DNA of 63,467 bases, filler included, from Hyphochytrium catenoides (taxonomy: Eukaryota; Protista; Hyphochytriomycota): the NCBI GenBank assembly GCA_900088475.1. It is 9 parts of 9 records of this genome, joined end to end, with 100 filler letters (N's around TTAATTAATTAA, not from the genome) between each part and the next. Parts side by side here need not be neighbours in the genome. Positions count along the whole stretch, not along the records: positions 2,812 to 16,329 come from FLMG01001971.1; positions 16,430 to 46,822 come from FLMG01003529.1; 7 more parts are not named here. The stretch is one strand, 5' to 3'. Below, piece after piece: positions 10,418 to 24,500 of the stretch (within the stretch, counting starts at the first letter, position 1; each line of letters starts with the position of its first letter). The notes beneath the pieces were generated by a model. The model did not search any database, was not told the origin of the DNA, and saw nothing but the letters and a program-made list of their open reading frames with translations. Position numbers and translations under genes: made by a program.

Positions 10418-13400
10418 GAAACAGGAAGAAGATTTATCACTAGCACTTACGACAGACGACTGAACGTAGAGCAAGGCAGAAGAAAGCAATGATCGGTGAA
10501 CTCTTCTCTCTTCAATATGTCTTTCTGGACTTATAAATAACGTGACCAAAGAATAGCCCTTCTCTGTCTCGTATGGACGGTCTCTGTTGATCTATCTCCT
10601 TCCTTGTTTCTCTTCTCTCCTTTTGGCAAGTGCCAAAGAGAGAGAGAGAGCCGAGACGGAAGCGCAAAAATGATATGATTGCCTTTCTCTTTTGCTCTTC
10701 TTTTTTCCCTGTTCACTTACAACCTTAGCTTAGTATAACTTTTCCTATCTTTCTCTCTCTGTCTCTCTCTCTCTTTGTATCCTCCTCTTATCTCTCTCCT
10801 CTCCTCTTATCTCTCTTTCTCAGTTTCTTTATATATTCTAATCCCTTCCTCTCTTGTGAAGAGAGGCTGCAAGAAGAAACTTTTAAGAACCGATACATTG
10901 TAGAAGCTAAAATAGCGCGACCAGCGAGGAGGAAAGGATGTAGACGATTGCAACCAAAAAAGCAATGAGAAGCTAGAAGAGAAAGGACGACCGAAAGAGA
11001 GAGAGAGAGAGGGAGAGAGACGAAAGAGGGAGTGAGAGGAGGGAGAAAGAGAGAGAGAGAGGGGAAGAGAGAGAGAGAAGAGAGAGACAGGAGAATGAGA
11101 TCCGTCACTATTTATAGATTTCGTCGAAGCAAAGGGAGGAGGAGATATTGTGTACGGCAAAGAGCGGGCGAGAGAGAGAAGTGTCCCGAAGCCCAACAGA
11201 TGATAGAAATGCGGAAAATAGAGAGAAGAATGCTGCGGAAAATAGAGAGAAGAATGCTGAGAAGCGATCTCCCTCGCTCTCTCTCTCTTCTCTCTCAACC
11301 CCTCTCTTTCTCGTTGTTTCTAATCGTCGTTTTGAGATGGTACAAATCAATGAAGGAAATTCTTTGTGGTGGGCTGGGTGGACGATGATGGTGAGGGGTA
11401 GACATGCAAATATTGATTCCCTCTCTCTCTCTCTCTCGCGCGCGCGCGCTCCTTGTAAGTTCTCCTTCTCATCCATATGGCCTGTCTTCCCTCTCCTCGG
11501 CTTATCTTCTTGTCTCTCTCTTTCTTTTTTTCCTCTGTAAGACAACTGCCGGCTGAGGCAGTTATCCATCCACGAGAGGGCGGTTTGGGATGGGCTTACA
11601 GGAAGATCATAGCCACGTCTCTCTCTCTCTCTCTCTCTCTCTTTCTCCTCCCCCTNNNNNNNNNNNNNNNNNNNTCTCTCTCCTTTGTTACTATTAGCCA
11701 ACCCGTCCGAGATTACATACAGACACAGAGGTAGGCGGGGGAGAAGAAGAAGGAAAGAAGGAGGAAAACAGAAGACACAGAGAAAAGGCTAACAAAGAAA
11801 GATAGAGAGAGGGCCCAGCGGGGAGTTCGGCTTTGGGGCCAGTTGTCACCTGTGAGGCAGGTAACCGTCAGAAACTTGTCATTTTAATGCGTAGGCGACC
11901 TCATCAACCCCGATACAAGGGAAAGAGGGAGAATGTTGTGGAGAGAGAGAGAAGTCAAAGAGAGTGGAGGAGAAAGATGGAGAGAGAGGGGAAGAGAAAG
12001 AGAGAGAGAAAAAAGGAGTACAAACTTTATAAAAGAGGTGGAACGACAAAGAGGGAGGAGAGAGAGAGGGAAAAAAAAGAGACAGAGAGATAGAGAGAGA
12101 AATGGAGTGAGTGAGAGAGACAGAGCGAGAGAAGAGGGCAAAAATAAAGACAGGGGCGATGAGAACGGGTGAAAGGGGGCCTTGGCGCAAATTTTGTAAC
12201 GGACAAAAGCTGTTAGGACGCTTATTCCTAATCGTAAGCGCCATATTCTAAAGATCAGTGTCTTCCGGCACCACAGTATTTGAAATATAGCCAATGAGAT
12301 GAGCTATGCGGTTAGCGGCTTTCGTGACGCATCTCCGCTTGACAGAGAAGAGCTACTAGAGAGAGAATGAGAGGAAGAGAGAGAGAGAGAGAGAACAAAA
12401 AGAAAGGAGTACAATACAAGCGTAAAACCAGCAGAGAGAGAGAGAGAGAAAAAGAAGCGAATGAAAGCGACAGAGAGAGAGGAACAGGGAGAGAAAGTGG
12501 CAGTGATCAAGACAGAAGAAGAGAGAGAGAGGGCAGGGAATAATATGTTGAAGAGAACAGAGTGCGAGCGGGAGTGACCATAAATAAGAGAGAAAGAGGA
12601 AGAGAAGGCGAGGACAAACAAATGGGCCAGCATGCGCGGTAGAGAGAAAAAGAGAGAGACAAAAAGACGAAAAGCAGCTAAACGTACTGAGAAAGACAGA
12701 GTGAGACAGAGAAGAGAATTCAGAGACTCAAGATTTATATCTTTGACTTTTATTATAGATAACCACAGACGCTGGCGGCAGGCGGAAGAGGAGAGATGTG
12801 GGTGAGCAGAGGAGGGCGAGAAGAAGACAAAGGAGGAGGGAAAGAGAAGAATAAGGAGAAGAGAGATTATAAAGGAGGTGGGGAGAGGCGAGGAAAGAGT
12901 GTGAAAGAAGAGAACAAGAGCAAACTGCAGTGGAGGGGTGGAGGGAGCAGTCAACAGGAAGAAGATAATAGTTTGCGCATGGATGAAATGGATGATATCT
13001 CTCTCTCTCTCTCCTCTTCTTTACCAGTTCAAACGAGCAACAGTAGAGAGGGAGAGGAGGAGAAAGAGAGAGGGCTGTGGAAAATGGACAACAAGGAAGG
13101 ATGGGAGCGAAGGCGATGGAGAGAAACAACGAAAGAGAGAGAAAAATTTTGGGAGAAGAAAAGGACAGAAGAGAGAAAGAAGACAGAGAAGAGAGAAGAG
13201 ATATGATATGGCATGCAGCATGATGATGAGGAATAGACGGGAGGGAGGAAGAAGAAGAGAGGATGATTGTTTAGAAAGAGATCATCGAGAGAGAGAGAGG
13301 GAGACGAGGAAATCAGAAAGTTAGAGAGAAAGAGGGGAAGAAAGAGAGAAAGAGAGAGAAACAGAAGTCGTCTATGGGTCCTTGTCTCCCATCAGCTGCC

Positions 13401-13666
13401 CGCCACACTTTTCTGAGAAGAGCTTACAATGCTGAAGAGCCAGACAAAAAAGGCCAGATCAGAGGCTGTGCACGTTCTGGATCAATCATTATAATTCTCA
13501 ATAACTTACCATATATTCGACTTAGGCCTCGTTAACCGCCTATGATTCTGGATAATGGCTCCTGGCCCTGCAAAGAGTCAGAAGGATGATGCGCCGCTCG
13601 TCGGANNNNNNNNNNNNNNNNNNNNNNNNNNNNNNNNNNNNNNNNNNNNNNNNNNNNNNNNNNNNN

Positions 13667-13701
<35 letters not shown>

Positions 13702-14455
13702 GAGGGAGAGCGAGCGAGCGAGCGAGCGAGCGAGAGAGAGAGTGAGAGAGAGGACACTCAGATGCGGAAGATAACGAGAGGGAGGGAGGTTCATCTAAGC
13801 GACATGATGAACTGATGATGACTTCTCTCTTCCCCTTGCCATATCTTTTCTCTCTCTCCCTACTTTCTCTGTTGTGTGGTTCTCTCTTCCACTTTCTCTC
13901 TCTCTCTGTCGCTCTGTCTCTCTCTCTCTCTCCCAAAGAGCAAGAGCTCTGCTTCTGTCCTCATCAACATCATCTCTCTTGTGGTGTCTTTCTTGGCGGA
14001 CCACGTACCTTTCCCATATCATGATTTCTATTGAGAGATAGGACAGCAGAAGCATGTGGTTCCTCTGTCCTGTGCTTCCTTCTTTCATCTCTCTCTCCCC
14101 CACTTTTTCAGGCCTTCTCTCTCTCTTTTCCCTTCCTTTCTCTTCTCTCTCTCTCTCTCCCCTGGTCCACAGTGCTTCAGAAACTCTTTTCCTCTCTCTT
14201 CATCTCTCCGTCAGTCATATCGTGTCTGGCTCTCTCTCTCTCTCTTCCTCTCTCATTTGTCACTGGTGCCACGCTTCATTTCTCTCTCTCTCTCGTTCTT
14301 CCTCTTCCTCACTCCTTTTCACTATTTCCTCCCTGGATCGGAGTTCAGTAGTAAGCTGCGGCGGCAGGAAAAGAGGTGAGACATGTGTTGAAGAAAAGAA
14401 ACCAAGAGAAAGAGAGAGAGAGCGGACGGGACCAAAGAGGGAGAGAAAGAAAGAA

Positions 14456-14492
<37 letters not shown>

Positions 14493-15081
14493 AGAGACTG
14501 TGTGTGAGAGAGACAGAGTGAGAGAGAGTTGCCAGAAAGAGGATCAGCGAGATAGAGAGCACAACAAAAACTTTCGAGCGGCGATGACCATCAAGTTCAC
14601 CAGAGAGAGAGAGAGAGAGAGTGAGAGAGAGAGAGGCACATAATAGAAGAGAGAAAGTCCAAGAGGAGAGAACGCATTATACATTCTAGTATAAAGGCTG
14701 AGAGAGAGAGACATATTGCTCGAAGAAAGAGAGACGCATTTCTTAGAAATACTCTCTCATCGCGGCAGAGAGCCAAGCTCTATAACTAGACAAGCAGGGA
14801 GAGAGAAAGAGAGGAAAGAGAAGATAGAGACAAAGAGAAGCTCCGATTCCGCTCTTCCTCTTCTCAGAAAAACTTTCTGTCTCTTCTCTTCCCTTTTCTC
14901 TCCCCTGCTAAAAAGGCTTCCGATGAGAAAAGCTCAAGGCGCCGAGAATCCTCAGAGAGAGACGAAGCTCTAAGAGCACGGAATTCAAATTAAAAGAGAA
15001 CAATCCTTCCTACTCTCTCTCTTTTCCTCTCTCTCTCTCTCTTGCTCCCTCTATTTCGTGTCCGATTCTCTGTATATAACT

Positions 15082-15256
15082 ATGGCTTCACCGACGGCCG
15101 TGAAGAGAGACACTGGCGGGAGAGAGTATTCTCCCTTCCAAGCCTCAGAGCTCCAGCGGATGAGCAACGAACTCTCTCGCTGTGTCGCTGACTTAGAGAC
15201 GCCTCAGATGTACCTCAATTTTCTCTCTCTTGCAAGGTGAGGACAGGAGAGAGGGG

Positions 15257-15287
<31 letters not shown>

Positions 15288-15650
15288 AGAGAAAGGGAAG
15301 AATGAAACAGAGAGAGAGTAAAGCATGAGCTTAAGAAGACATAGAGAGAGAGAAAGAGAAAAAGCCAACTGAAGGATTTCGATATATGGATATCTCCTCT
15401 TCTTCTATTGCAACAGAAAACAGTCATCAGCTCATTCTTTTCTCTCTCACTCTCTCTCTCCCCCTCTCTCTCTCCCGGTCGCTCTCACTCTCTCTCTCCC
15501 CCTCTCTCTCTCCCGGGTCGCTCTCCCTCTATCAGCTGTTTGGCCTTTGTGCTGCTTCGCGCCGGAAACCCAAAGCTTCGGAAGTTCCCTGACAGTCTGA
15601 TTACCGTCTACGGGTACGCCCCCCTCTCTCTCTTCTTCTCTCTCTCTTCT

Positions 15651-15682
<32 letters not shown>

Positions 15683-16003
15683 TAACCTATTCTCTCTATT
15701 GCACTTCTCTTCTCTCCTCCCCTCTCTCTCCCTGTGACTATCTGTTTCGCACAATTTTTCTCGTCCCTCTCTCTCCGTCTCTCTTCGGCTCTCTCTGTCT
15801 CCCTATTTACACACTTTCTGCCTCTCTTTCGTGTCTTTGGCTGGCTTTTCGTCTCACGTCTCTCTCTCCCTCTTCTCTTTCTTCTCAACTCTCCTCCCCC
15901 ATCTCCTTCTCTCTCTCTCTCTCCCTCTTTCTCTTTCCCTCTCTCTCTCTCTCTCTCTCTCTCCCTCTCTCTTTCTCTCTCTTCCTCTTCTCTCTCTCTC
16001 CCT

Positions 16004-16067
<64 letters not shown>

Positions 16068-16245
16068 CACATACAGCTGCGTGTACATTCTCTGTCACCT
16101 GGCTCTCTCTCTCACTCCATTGACAGAGGAACAGCTGTTTCTCCCTTCTCTCCACTCTCTCTGTGACATCCAAGGCGTGGCCCTGCAGTTCTGTTTCTCT
16201 TACATGATCCTCGGATGGCTCGTCGTCCTCTATGTTATGTATGAG
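15082..16245 (+). CDS. N-terminal part (about TM1-TM3) of a GCR1/cAMP-receptor-like GPCR; truncated by contig end
   Basis: Exons 15082-15236, 15536-15613 and 16077-16245 join in frame. They give ..NFLSLASCLAFVLL..KLRKFPDSLITVYGCVYILCHL..LCDIQGVALQFCFSYMILGWLVVLY, resembling the LRKF loop and the C-x-x-QG..QF..W TM3 signature of GCR1/Dictyostelium cAR-like receptors. Confidence 0.6.
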
Positions 16246-17151
16246 GTGAGTCTCTCTCCTCTCTCTCTCTCTCTCTCTCTTGTTTCTCTCTCTTCCAGTC
16301 CCTTTTCCTCTCTCTCTCTCTCTCTCTCTNNNNNNNNNNNNNNNNNNNNNNNNNNNNNNNNNNNNNNNNNNNNTTAATTAATTAANNNNNNNNNNNNNNN
16401 NNNNNNNNNNNNNNNNNNNNNNNNNNNNNAGAGAGAGAGGAGAAGAGGGGGTTGGGAGCGATGAAGCCACGAGAGAGAGAGAGAGACTAAGAGAGAGACA
16501 ATGATAGGGGTCGTTGCTGTGTAAGAGCTGCCAAAGTTTAACAAGGGCAAGAGGTTTCCCGCACCACCGAATTGTCTCTATACACTCCTCTTCCCGTCCC
16601 AATATATTAGTCTGGGAAATCGCTTTCTCTGTAGATGACGGGGAGGCATAGCTAGGTAACGGCATCAGAGGCACGGTTCCAGGTGGAAATGTATAAGCAA
16701 TGGACTTCCTGAGTTCTCTTCTTTTAACTCTTAGCGAAGCCGACATTAGAGAAAAGCTTTAACTCCTTTCTCTTTTGCTCTTAGTCCTCTTGCACCTCTT
16801 ACTCCTTACTACCCCTTCACGAGTGATAGCTAAAGATAAGCGAGGTGCAGCCAGGCTGTCCCCAAGGCCGGAATATACACACGCACCCTCTTCATCAAGG
16901 TTATAAGCCAGAGATGAGCCTCTTGTCTCTCCCCACGTTCGTCCTCTCTATCTCCTCTTCCCAGAAGCTCCACCGCAAAGAGCACTGATTCTAACCCACT
17001 TGCACACTCTCTCGCCATTTTCCATCTGTCTTCCCCTGCCTCTTGTCCATCCTCACTGCAATCGCTCATCTGCTGACGGAGAGATGGGTAGACGACAGAA
17101 AGGAGAGAGAGGAGCGTAAGGCAAGGACTAAGAGAGACGCAAAGGACCGTC

Positions 17152-19790
17152 TTAAAAGTCAAAGTCAGTGTCATCGAAGTTGTCTTCATCCTCATCGTCG
17201 TCCGTGATGTCATCCAGCCCATCCTGATGGGCCTCGACGAAGTCTACACGCCAGCGAAGAATGCCGCCGATACCGCCAAAGCCCTTGCAGAACTGAGAGC
17301 CCTCCTGACTCCTGTTCGTGACAAACTCTAAGGTTGTACCTAAAGGCGAAGAGAGAGAGAGAGAAAGAGAGAGAGAAGATACGATAATAGACTTAGAGGT
17401 CAGTAATCAGGGTGCAACTTAGCCAAAAAGGCAGACTCCATACGCAGAGGATAGGAATTGAAGAAGAGGAAGAATGACCGCTGATATCTGCTTGCATGGA
17501 GAACAGACCTGACGAAGCAAGAGCCAGCCAAGAAACTGACAAAAGTAGCTACGAACGGACTCACCATACTGCTTGTAATTATTGGCAAACCATTCCACCG
17601 CTGAGATCTTCTCGACAGTCTCTAAGTCAGTGCCAGACGCAGGATCCTGGAAGTTGGAAGTGATCTTCTCCTGCTCTGGGCTAAGGAAAATCACCTTTGT
17701 CTCTGCAAAAGCGAGCGAAAAGAGAAGAAGCGTCAGAAGTGCAATCAAGAGAGACGAGAAGTGACAATGAGGCACCAAAAGAGCGAATAGCCGAAAAGAC
17801 AGGGACAAAGAAAGCAGAAGAGAGAATCCTTACCGCCTGTAGAGTTGTTTCTTAGAGTGAATCTGTTCAGCGCTAGGTCTTCATAGACAATGAGGATCTC
17901 GACAGCTCCTAGATCCAGGGCGTGCAGCGTGTCTCGGATGCCGAAGCAGTACTTGCCTGAGTCCTGACTGATCTCGTCGAAGTAGCGGCCTAAGCGAGGA
18001 GAGCAGAGACGAACCTGTAAGTCAAAGATCAAAAGCGACTACGTACAGAACGACTTGAGTCGTGGAAGGTAGATAGAGAGCAAAAGAGAGAGAGACACAC
18101 ACAGAGAGAAAGGGCTCTAACCGGAGATAAAAGAGGTAGGACGTGAACGTGAGTACAGCAAAGTCGAAGGTAGTGCGAGACAGGGACTCAATGGACACCA
18201 AGAGAGACAGAGCTCCAAATGAGCGAGGGAAAGGGCAGAGAGAGAGAGGGAGAGAGAGAGTTTACCAATGAGCTTCTTCTCATGAATAAACTTGACGTTA
18301 GCGAGAGTCTCAGCAGCTAGCTCTATCGCCTGATTGAAGCCGTTCTCTCCTCCATAAGAAACGTCCACTGTCTTGATGACAACCTTAGCCAGACGCTGGT
18401 CAAACATGTCTACAGAGGAATCAACGACATAGAAGAGTTAACGGACAAGCCGGACGTCAGGAGACTGCCATATGGCCCAACCCAGGTGAACCTAAGAGTT
18501 GGGACAGCGTAGAGGCTAAGGAAAAAGCAACAAGAAGAGACACATCCAGGTAAGAGAGAGGTCACACCAGTCCTAGGCCATTCTACTGCCTCTTAATGGT
18601 ATTGTGAATGCTTCTCTTTTTTCTCTCTCTCTCTCTCTTCTGTCTCAACTACTTCTATGCTAGGTAGAGCATCTTCTTCTCGTCCTTTGTTATCTTTCGC
18701 CTTCCAAATTGTCAAACGCTGTTCCAGCCCTGGCGCTTGCCTCCTCTCTCTCTGCTCACCTGACTGCTGGAGCTCTGTCTTGAAGTCAGCCGAACCAGCC
18801 AGCACCAGCCCAGCAATATTGGGCCTGTCATTAGTGATGAAGAACTGCGTGGCCATCTCTGCCACCTTCCTCACGTAGTTATGTCTCTTCTCCATACGAA
18901 GACGGGCGAAACGAAGCGCAGACTGACCACCTCTGCCGTGTTTCTTGGGCAGATCAACGCTGAACTTGTGCAGAACCTCTCTGTTATTTCCTTGGAGGGT
19001 TCCATAGAGACAGCCATTACCATCCATCACGATAAAGCCAAATTTATCATCGTCCTCCAGAAGTTGGTTGAGGTCCTATAATGAGCGACAGAGAGAGAAA
19101 AACGAGAGAGAGAGAAGGATAAGAGAGAGAGAGAGAGAGAAAGATGAGAGAGAGACATAGGGAGAGAGAAAGAGTGAGACAAATAGTGGAGAGAAAAAGG
19201 GAAGAGCGCGGCGAGCGGATTAGAAGAAAAAAAAAGACGAAGGACAGGGGGAGAGAGAGAGAGAGAGCCAGAGAGGGAGAGAGGGGAGAGAGAGAGAAGA
19301 GGGAGACAAAGATCGCTGAGCTGATCAGTGCCAAAGCCAAAGAAAGGGGGTCCTATATCAAAAGCAGGAAGGACTGCCATGGCCACTTCCCCTGGACCCA
19401 TACCAACGAAGACCAGAGGATGAGAGGACTTCCAAGATCGTGAAGAAGAAAATGCCCTTCTATGCCCTTCTCTCTCTCCTCTCTCTTTTTCTCTCTGTTC
19501 TTACCTCAGTATGGAACTTGTTGTCACACATGTAGAGAGAGGTATTGATAGGCTTGAACGGCTCAAAGTCAATGTTCATCTTTCTCTCTTTCCCTTCATC
19601 CGTCACCACTGTCCCGCAGTAGAGCACCAGGCCGTTGGGAGGAACTTTGCTATAGAGTTTCAGGCGCTGCTGGGTGGAGGTGATGGCGCCCAAGACCGAG
19701 AGACGATTGACTCGCGATTTGATGTTCGAGGCCGTGCCATACTCTTCCGTTAGCATCTTGTTTACCCGTGAGATCTGACCGGAGAGAGAG

Positions 19791-19821
<31 letters not shown>

Positions 19822-20480
19822 CCAGAAAAGAGAGAGAGAGTAAGAGAGAAGAGACTGTTGGGATAAGGCAGACCCAGAGGAGAGCGAAAGAATGAGGCAA
19901 GTTTCTAGAGAGAAAGCAAATACGAGTAGTGCTTAGAGCGCAAAGTAGACACGAAGAGCCAAAGCCAAGAGGGGAGAGAGAGAGAGATCGTAGAGAGAGA
20001 GAGAGACGTGTCTAGGGAACAGTGATTGAGGCAGCGATCAACTTTCAGAGGACACCGAGTAAGAAAGGGCAAGGATAGAAGTCAGAGGGCTTAGCAAATG
20101 CTGGGGCGTCTCCCCTACCTGATCCTTAGGAGGAATGATAAGAGAGATCATGCTAGTTCCGCTCCTGTTGAGAGAGAGAGAAAGAGAGAGAGAAAGAGAT
20201 AGGTAAGAGAGAGACTGGATCAGCATACGAGAGGTTATAACAAAGTGGAGAAAGAGACTATACGAGAGAAACATAAGCCGGCAAGACCGAAACTCTCGCG
20301 AGGACGAGGTTGAAAGAGAGAGAACAAAGAGAAAGAGAGGGAGAGAGAAAGACCGAGAACTATGGAAAAGAAGAATTCCAAGGATGGAGCGTACCCTCTT
20401 GCATTCTGCAGAGTTTTTATGAGCTTCTTGATCTTAAAGAGCTCGACCTGCTTGTCATCGGCGTCAGCGGCAGCAGACAT
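17152..20480 (-). CDS. ETF1: Eukaryotic peptide chain release factor 1 (447 aa, 8 exons)
   Basis: Minus-strand exons 20480-20395, 20164-20119, 19774-19505, 19075-18760, 18409-18266, 17989-17834, 17702-17565 and 17339-17152 total 1344 nt. Motifs GTS, TASNIKS, YMCDNKF, GRGGQS and GFGGIGG, with an acidic tail ending in TAA. Confidence 0.98.
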
Positions 20481-21329
20481 TGTCCCTTTCTCTCAAACAG
20501 AATCTCTGAATATGTTGCAGCCGTTGTCGCGGATAAGCAGAGACGCAATAAGTCTCTGCAAGAAATCTATTCTGAAGCTTCTCTTTCTGTTCAAATGAGC
20601 GTGAGAGAGGAAGAGAGAAGCAGTGCGGATAGATAGTGGAAGAGAAAGAAGCGAAGTTTGGCACGAGCAGAGAGATACACAGAGAGAGTGCATGTGGGTA
20701 AAGAGAGAGATCAGAGGATGTCAGGGAGGAGAAAGAGAGAGAGAGAAGAGGGGTAATGAATGAGAGAAGACGAATCAGAGAAAGAGAGGGAGAGTAGGAG
20801 AGAGACACCGAGAGAACGAGAGAGAGAGAACGAGAGAGAGAGAGGGTGCCGAAGAGAGAGAGAGAGAGAAAGAGAGAGAGAGGACGAGAGAGAGAGAGGG
20901 TGCGGAAGAGAGAGAGAGAGAGGGTGCGGAAGAGAGAGAGAGAGAGAGTGAGAGAGAGAGAGAAAGAGAGAAGGAGAGAAGGAGAGAAAGAGAGAAAGAG
21001 GGAGAGAGAAAAAGAGAAAGAGGAAGAAAGAGTGCTGTTCCCCATTACTTCTGATCAATGGCGCGGAGGGAACGAACCAAGAGTCTCCCAGCACCGGGTC
21101 CCCTATTACCCCTGAATACTTAGCCTAACATGTGCTTTTCTAAGGGAAGATCTTGCCTCAATCCGGTCTTGTGATCCTCAAAGTGCTCTGTGATCTTTAG
21201 GCGGCGAATCTTTGAGCTAATTGATGTCTAGTTCCCTGTTATTGATCTGGAAGCGGCATATCTATGGACTCAGCGAGTGAAGAGATGGATTCTTATCATC
21301 GTGAAAGATCTTGCCAACGAAGACCAAGA

Positions 21330-21373
<44 letters not shown>

Positions 21374-21541
21374 CGAAAGAGAGAGAGAGAGAGCATGATG
21401 AGGGAGAGAGGAAAGCAGAGACGAGAGAGAAAGGGAGAGAGAGAGAGAGAGGACAACGACAATGGCGTTTGGGGTTAGGAAGAAGAGAGAGAGCGGCTTT
21501 GCTAGTTCCTAGTGGGGCAGAACAACACGGCTCTCTCTTTT

Positions 21542-24500
21542 GAGCAATCTCTGAGTCGAGTACAAGGGAAATGCCCAAGAGTGGAGGCCCAAGGCAACCT
21601 AAGTTCGGCTATGCGAACATTTGGCAGTGCTGTTGCCGATCTTTTGTTCGGCATGTAGGAAGGTGTCTGGCGCTTGAAGCACTGCAAAAAGCTTCATCCG
21701 TTGCAGAGATCCATTCTAGAGATCAAGCTTCTCGAAGTTGGGCCTCCCGCCGAGGTGGTCACTTCCCAAAGGTTACTTCCCTCGTTTGTTGGTACCCTTC
21801 TACGGTGAAGCACTGTGAAGGACTCCTTTCGGCCTACTCTTAGAAGCGGTACCTGCAGACCTCAACCTAGGTGTTCTTGCTGATGGTGCAGCTACTGCTA
21901 CTGTTGCTCCTTTCCTGCTTGCTTCTGTCCTTCACACCTTGTCGCTTGATCATTGCTCTGCTGGGCCGGAACCCTTGCCGCTAGTAGCTAAGAATCTGGG
22001 AGGAGGACGGTAGCGTAGGAGTTGACTCGCCCCTAGTAGCTGAAATCTTTGACGAGTCCGTCAGTGGTGGTTGGTTAAGATTGAGCTCGGATCCTAATGA
22101 GTACTTACTAGGCTCAATGAAAGTAAGCACCCTTTTCATTTCATCTCATTTGCTTGCTTTATCGAGAGTACCGCCACCTTCACTGACAATCTTGTTCTCT
22201 CGAGCCTCTTGTTCAAACAATAGTGGCAAGACAGGACGCGAGATATAACTTTCCCTGTCATTGTCGGCCCAAGCTACCAACAAGCACTTGCTTGTTAGGT
22301 AGATGATGAGGCCAGCTAGGATGCTTATGAGATCACTGCTGACATAGAAAAAGAACGGGAACATGCAAGAGTGTCAAACTCAGAAGTTCAATTTTTCTGG
22401 TTATATGGTGCTAGCAGCACCCGTGTTGAATCGTGAATGCTCCTCCGACGCCACGGATCGTCTTCCTCTGCTTGCGGCGGGAGGAGGAGGGTGCAAGGGC
22501 GACTCGTCCATCCCTGCTAAAGGTGAGGGAGGCCTTCTCTTAGAAGCCGCTTCCTATTCCTTCATCAGCTTCGTAATCTCCTGCCGTATCTCGGTCTCTG
22601 AAGGAAGATTAAACCTGTCAGGGTGGCGTTGGCGCAGAACTTCTAACATTCGGCCCGGGCCTCTCTTCAGTGACTTGTCTCTCTCTCCCAGCTCGAAGAG
22701 CTCTCGAATCTCATCCTTGAAGCTTCCAATATACTTACGACCATACATCTGACCCTTGGGAGGTCTTCTAGCCCATCCACCTTTGATCTCGTAGGGAATC
22801 TGATAGCCATCATCAGGATCAGGTACCTCCAGCAGGGCGATGTTATCTGTAGCCTCAATGACTCCCACCTCTCCTCTTCCATGAAGATGTAGGGCTCTCC
22901 GGATGGCATATGAGACAACATCCCTTGAAGCTAAACCATTCAGATTTTTAGGTTCAGGTCGAGGTCCATGACGCCACTGGCGCTGTCTGCGGCGGAGCTG
23001 TCCTTCGGTCGTGATCTCAACACCGGTGATTGGGCCAGTGCTTAGAGGAGTCCCAACGGTCTCAGTTTGTACCTCCTCAAAGTCATCATCTTCACTTCCT
23101 TCTAGCTCTTCTTCTGCCTCGCTGACCTCGTCGAGGCTGGCTATTACGCTATCTTCCTCAGCGTCATATTCCTCTTCTGAATCATCGTTGGCTTGTTCAT
23201 TTGGTGTGGGGCCAGAAGTCATGAGAACTTGACCTTCAGAGGGCTTGCAACTGATCGTGATGCCTTCCCCTATGCCAGAATATTCAAAGGCGGTAAGGGT
23301 GAAGTTGGGGCAGTCTTTATAGCTTAGTACTCCCGTCGTTGAGGACTGACATCGGCTCCTGCCACCCTCGCCTTCTCCTACATGTCGGAAGAAGATTATG
23401 TCATTAGCCCGTTTGACGTGGCGCTCAAACTGCTTCTCAAGAGAATAGACCTCCTTTACAAAGCCGCCTAGTCGTTCGCGATCGTGCTCAATTAGCTCTA
23501 CAACGCAGTTAGGTAATCCACCGTGATGTTTTAGGCCTGCCACTGCCTGACTTGGAGTCACACAGTTATGTCCCTCCTTTAGATATGACTTCAGGACCTC
23601 CATGGAACGAGCAAAGTGAGCGTCCAAAGCCGACTTTCCATCCTGTGTCTCCGTATGAATGAATCGTGTGATCTCCACGCCATGCCCCGCTGCCAAGTAA
23701 GGAAGAACTAGTGGTAGGAGGGCGTTCTGATAACACGTTGCATTATCAGACTGGATCACTAATCTCTTTATGTCCGGGAGATCCTTGCGTAGCCTCACAA
23801 GTACCGCCTCTGTCATAGAGATAACTGACTCTCTGTCTTGTTTGTTGTCTCCGTCAGATAGATGATCAAAGTACATCTTGTTTTCACGGACCGTGGCACA
23901 CTGCACTCCATTGTCATCATCATAGGTGCAGTACTGCACCATCACGCCGTGCCAACTTATTCCCCTCTTTCCATTGTGGTCCACGGGTTTCTCCCGAAAG
24001 TACATGGGCTCAAGGTTCATCTTGAAATCCATCACCACTAGAGCCTGATCGGAGCCCTTATTGTCCAAGCAGTACTTTCGCATGCCCTCCACGATCTGGC
24101 TGATGGCCCTTTGCTGGTTTATGACCCTGATTCGGTGCCCAATGAAGAGCTTGGCCTTGAAGCAACAATCATCAATCACTTCTGTGGCTGAGGGTGGCGC
24201 TCCGGCAGCGTCCACCGTTTGCTTGACCCTCGTGTAGAAGAAAAACATTCGCTTACACTCTTGGCAAAAAGTACGACTGCCGCCTTGGATAGAGTGCGTA
24301 TTATCTAGCCCGTAAGCGATGTCGTGCAAACAGCAATCAACGTCAGCCTCTCTGACCTTCCTGTCAAATCCGTATTCCATGTATGCACGGACAACCTCCA
24401 TCTCTCTTATCAAGCTATCCTTGGTAGCTCCCGAGAGTCTCACAGTCTGTAGTATCTGCGTTATGAGTTCAAAGGTGTCATTCACAAGAAAGCCCGTGAC

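Noticed and set aside
12175-12275. tRNA-like start GGGGGCCTTGGCGCAA
   Set aside because: No T-arm GTTC motif or matching acceptor stem could be built.
17152-20480. Altered genetic code suggested by the presence of eRF1 and stop-riddled regions
   Set aside because: eRF1 has canonical GTS, NIKS and YxCxxxF motifs. Conserved genes end at the expected places with TAA (eRF1, PDE) or TAG (fibrillarin), and none needs an internal stop read through.
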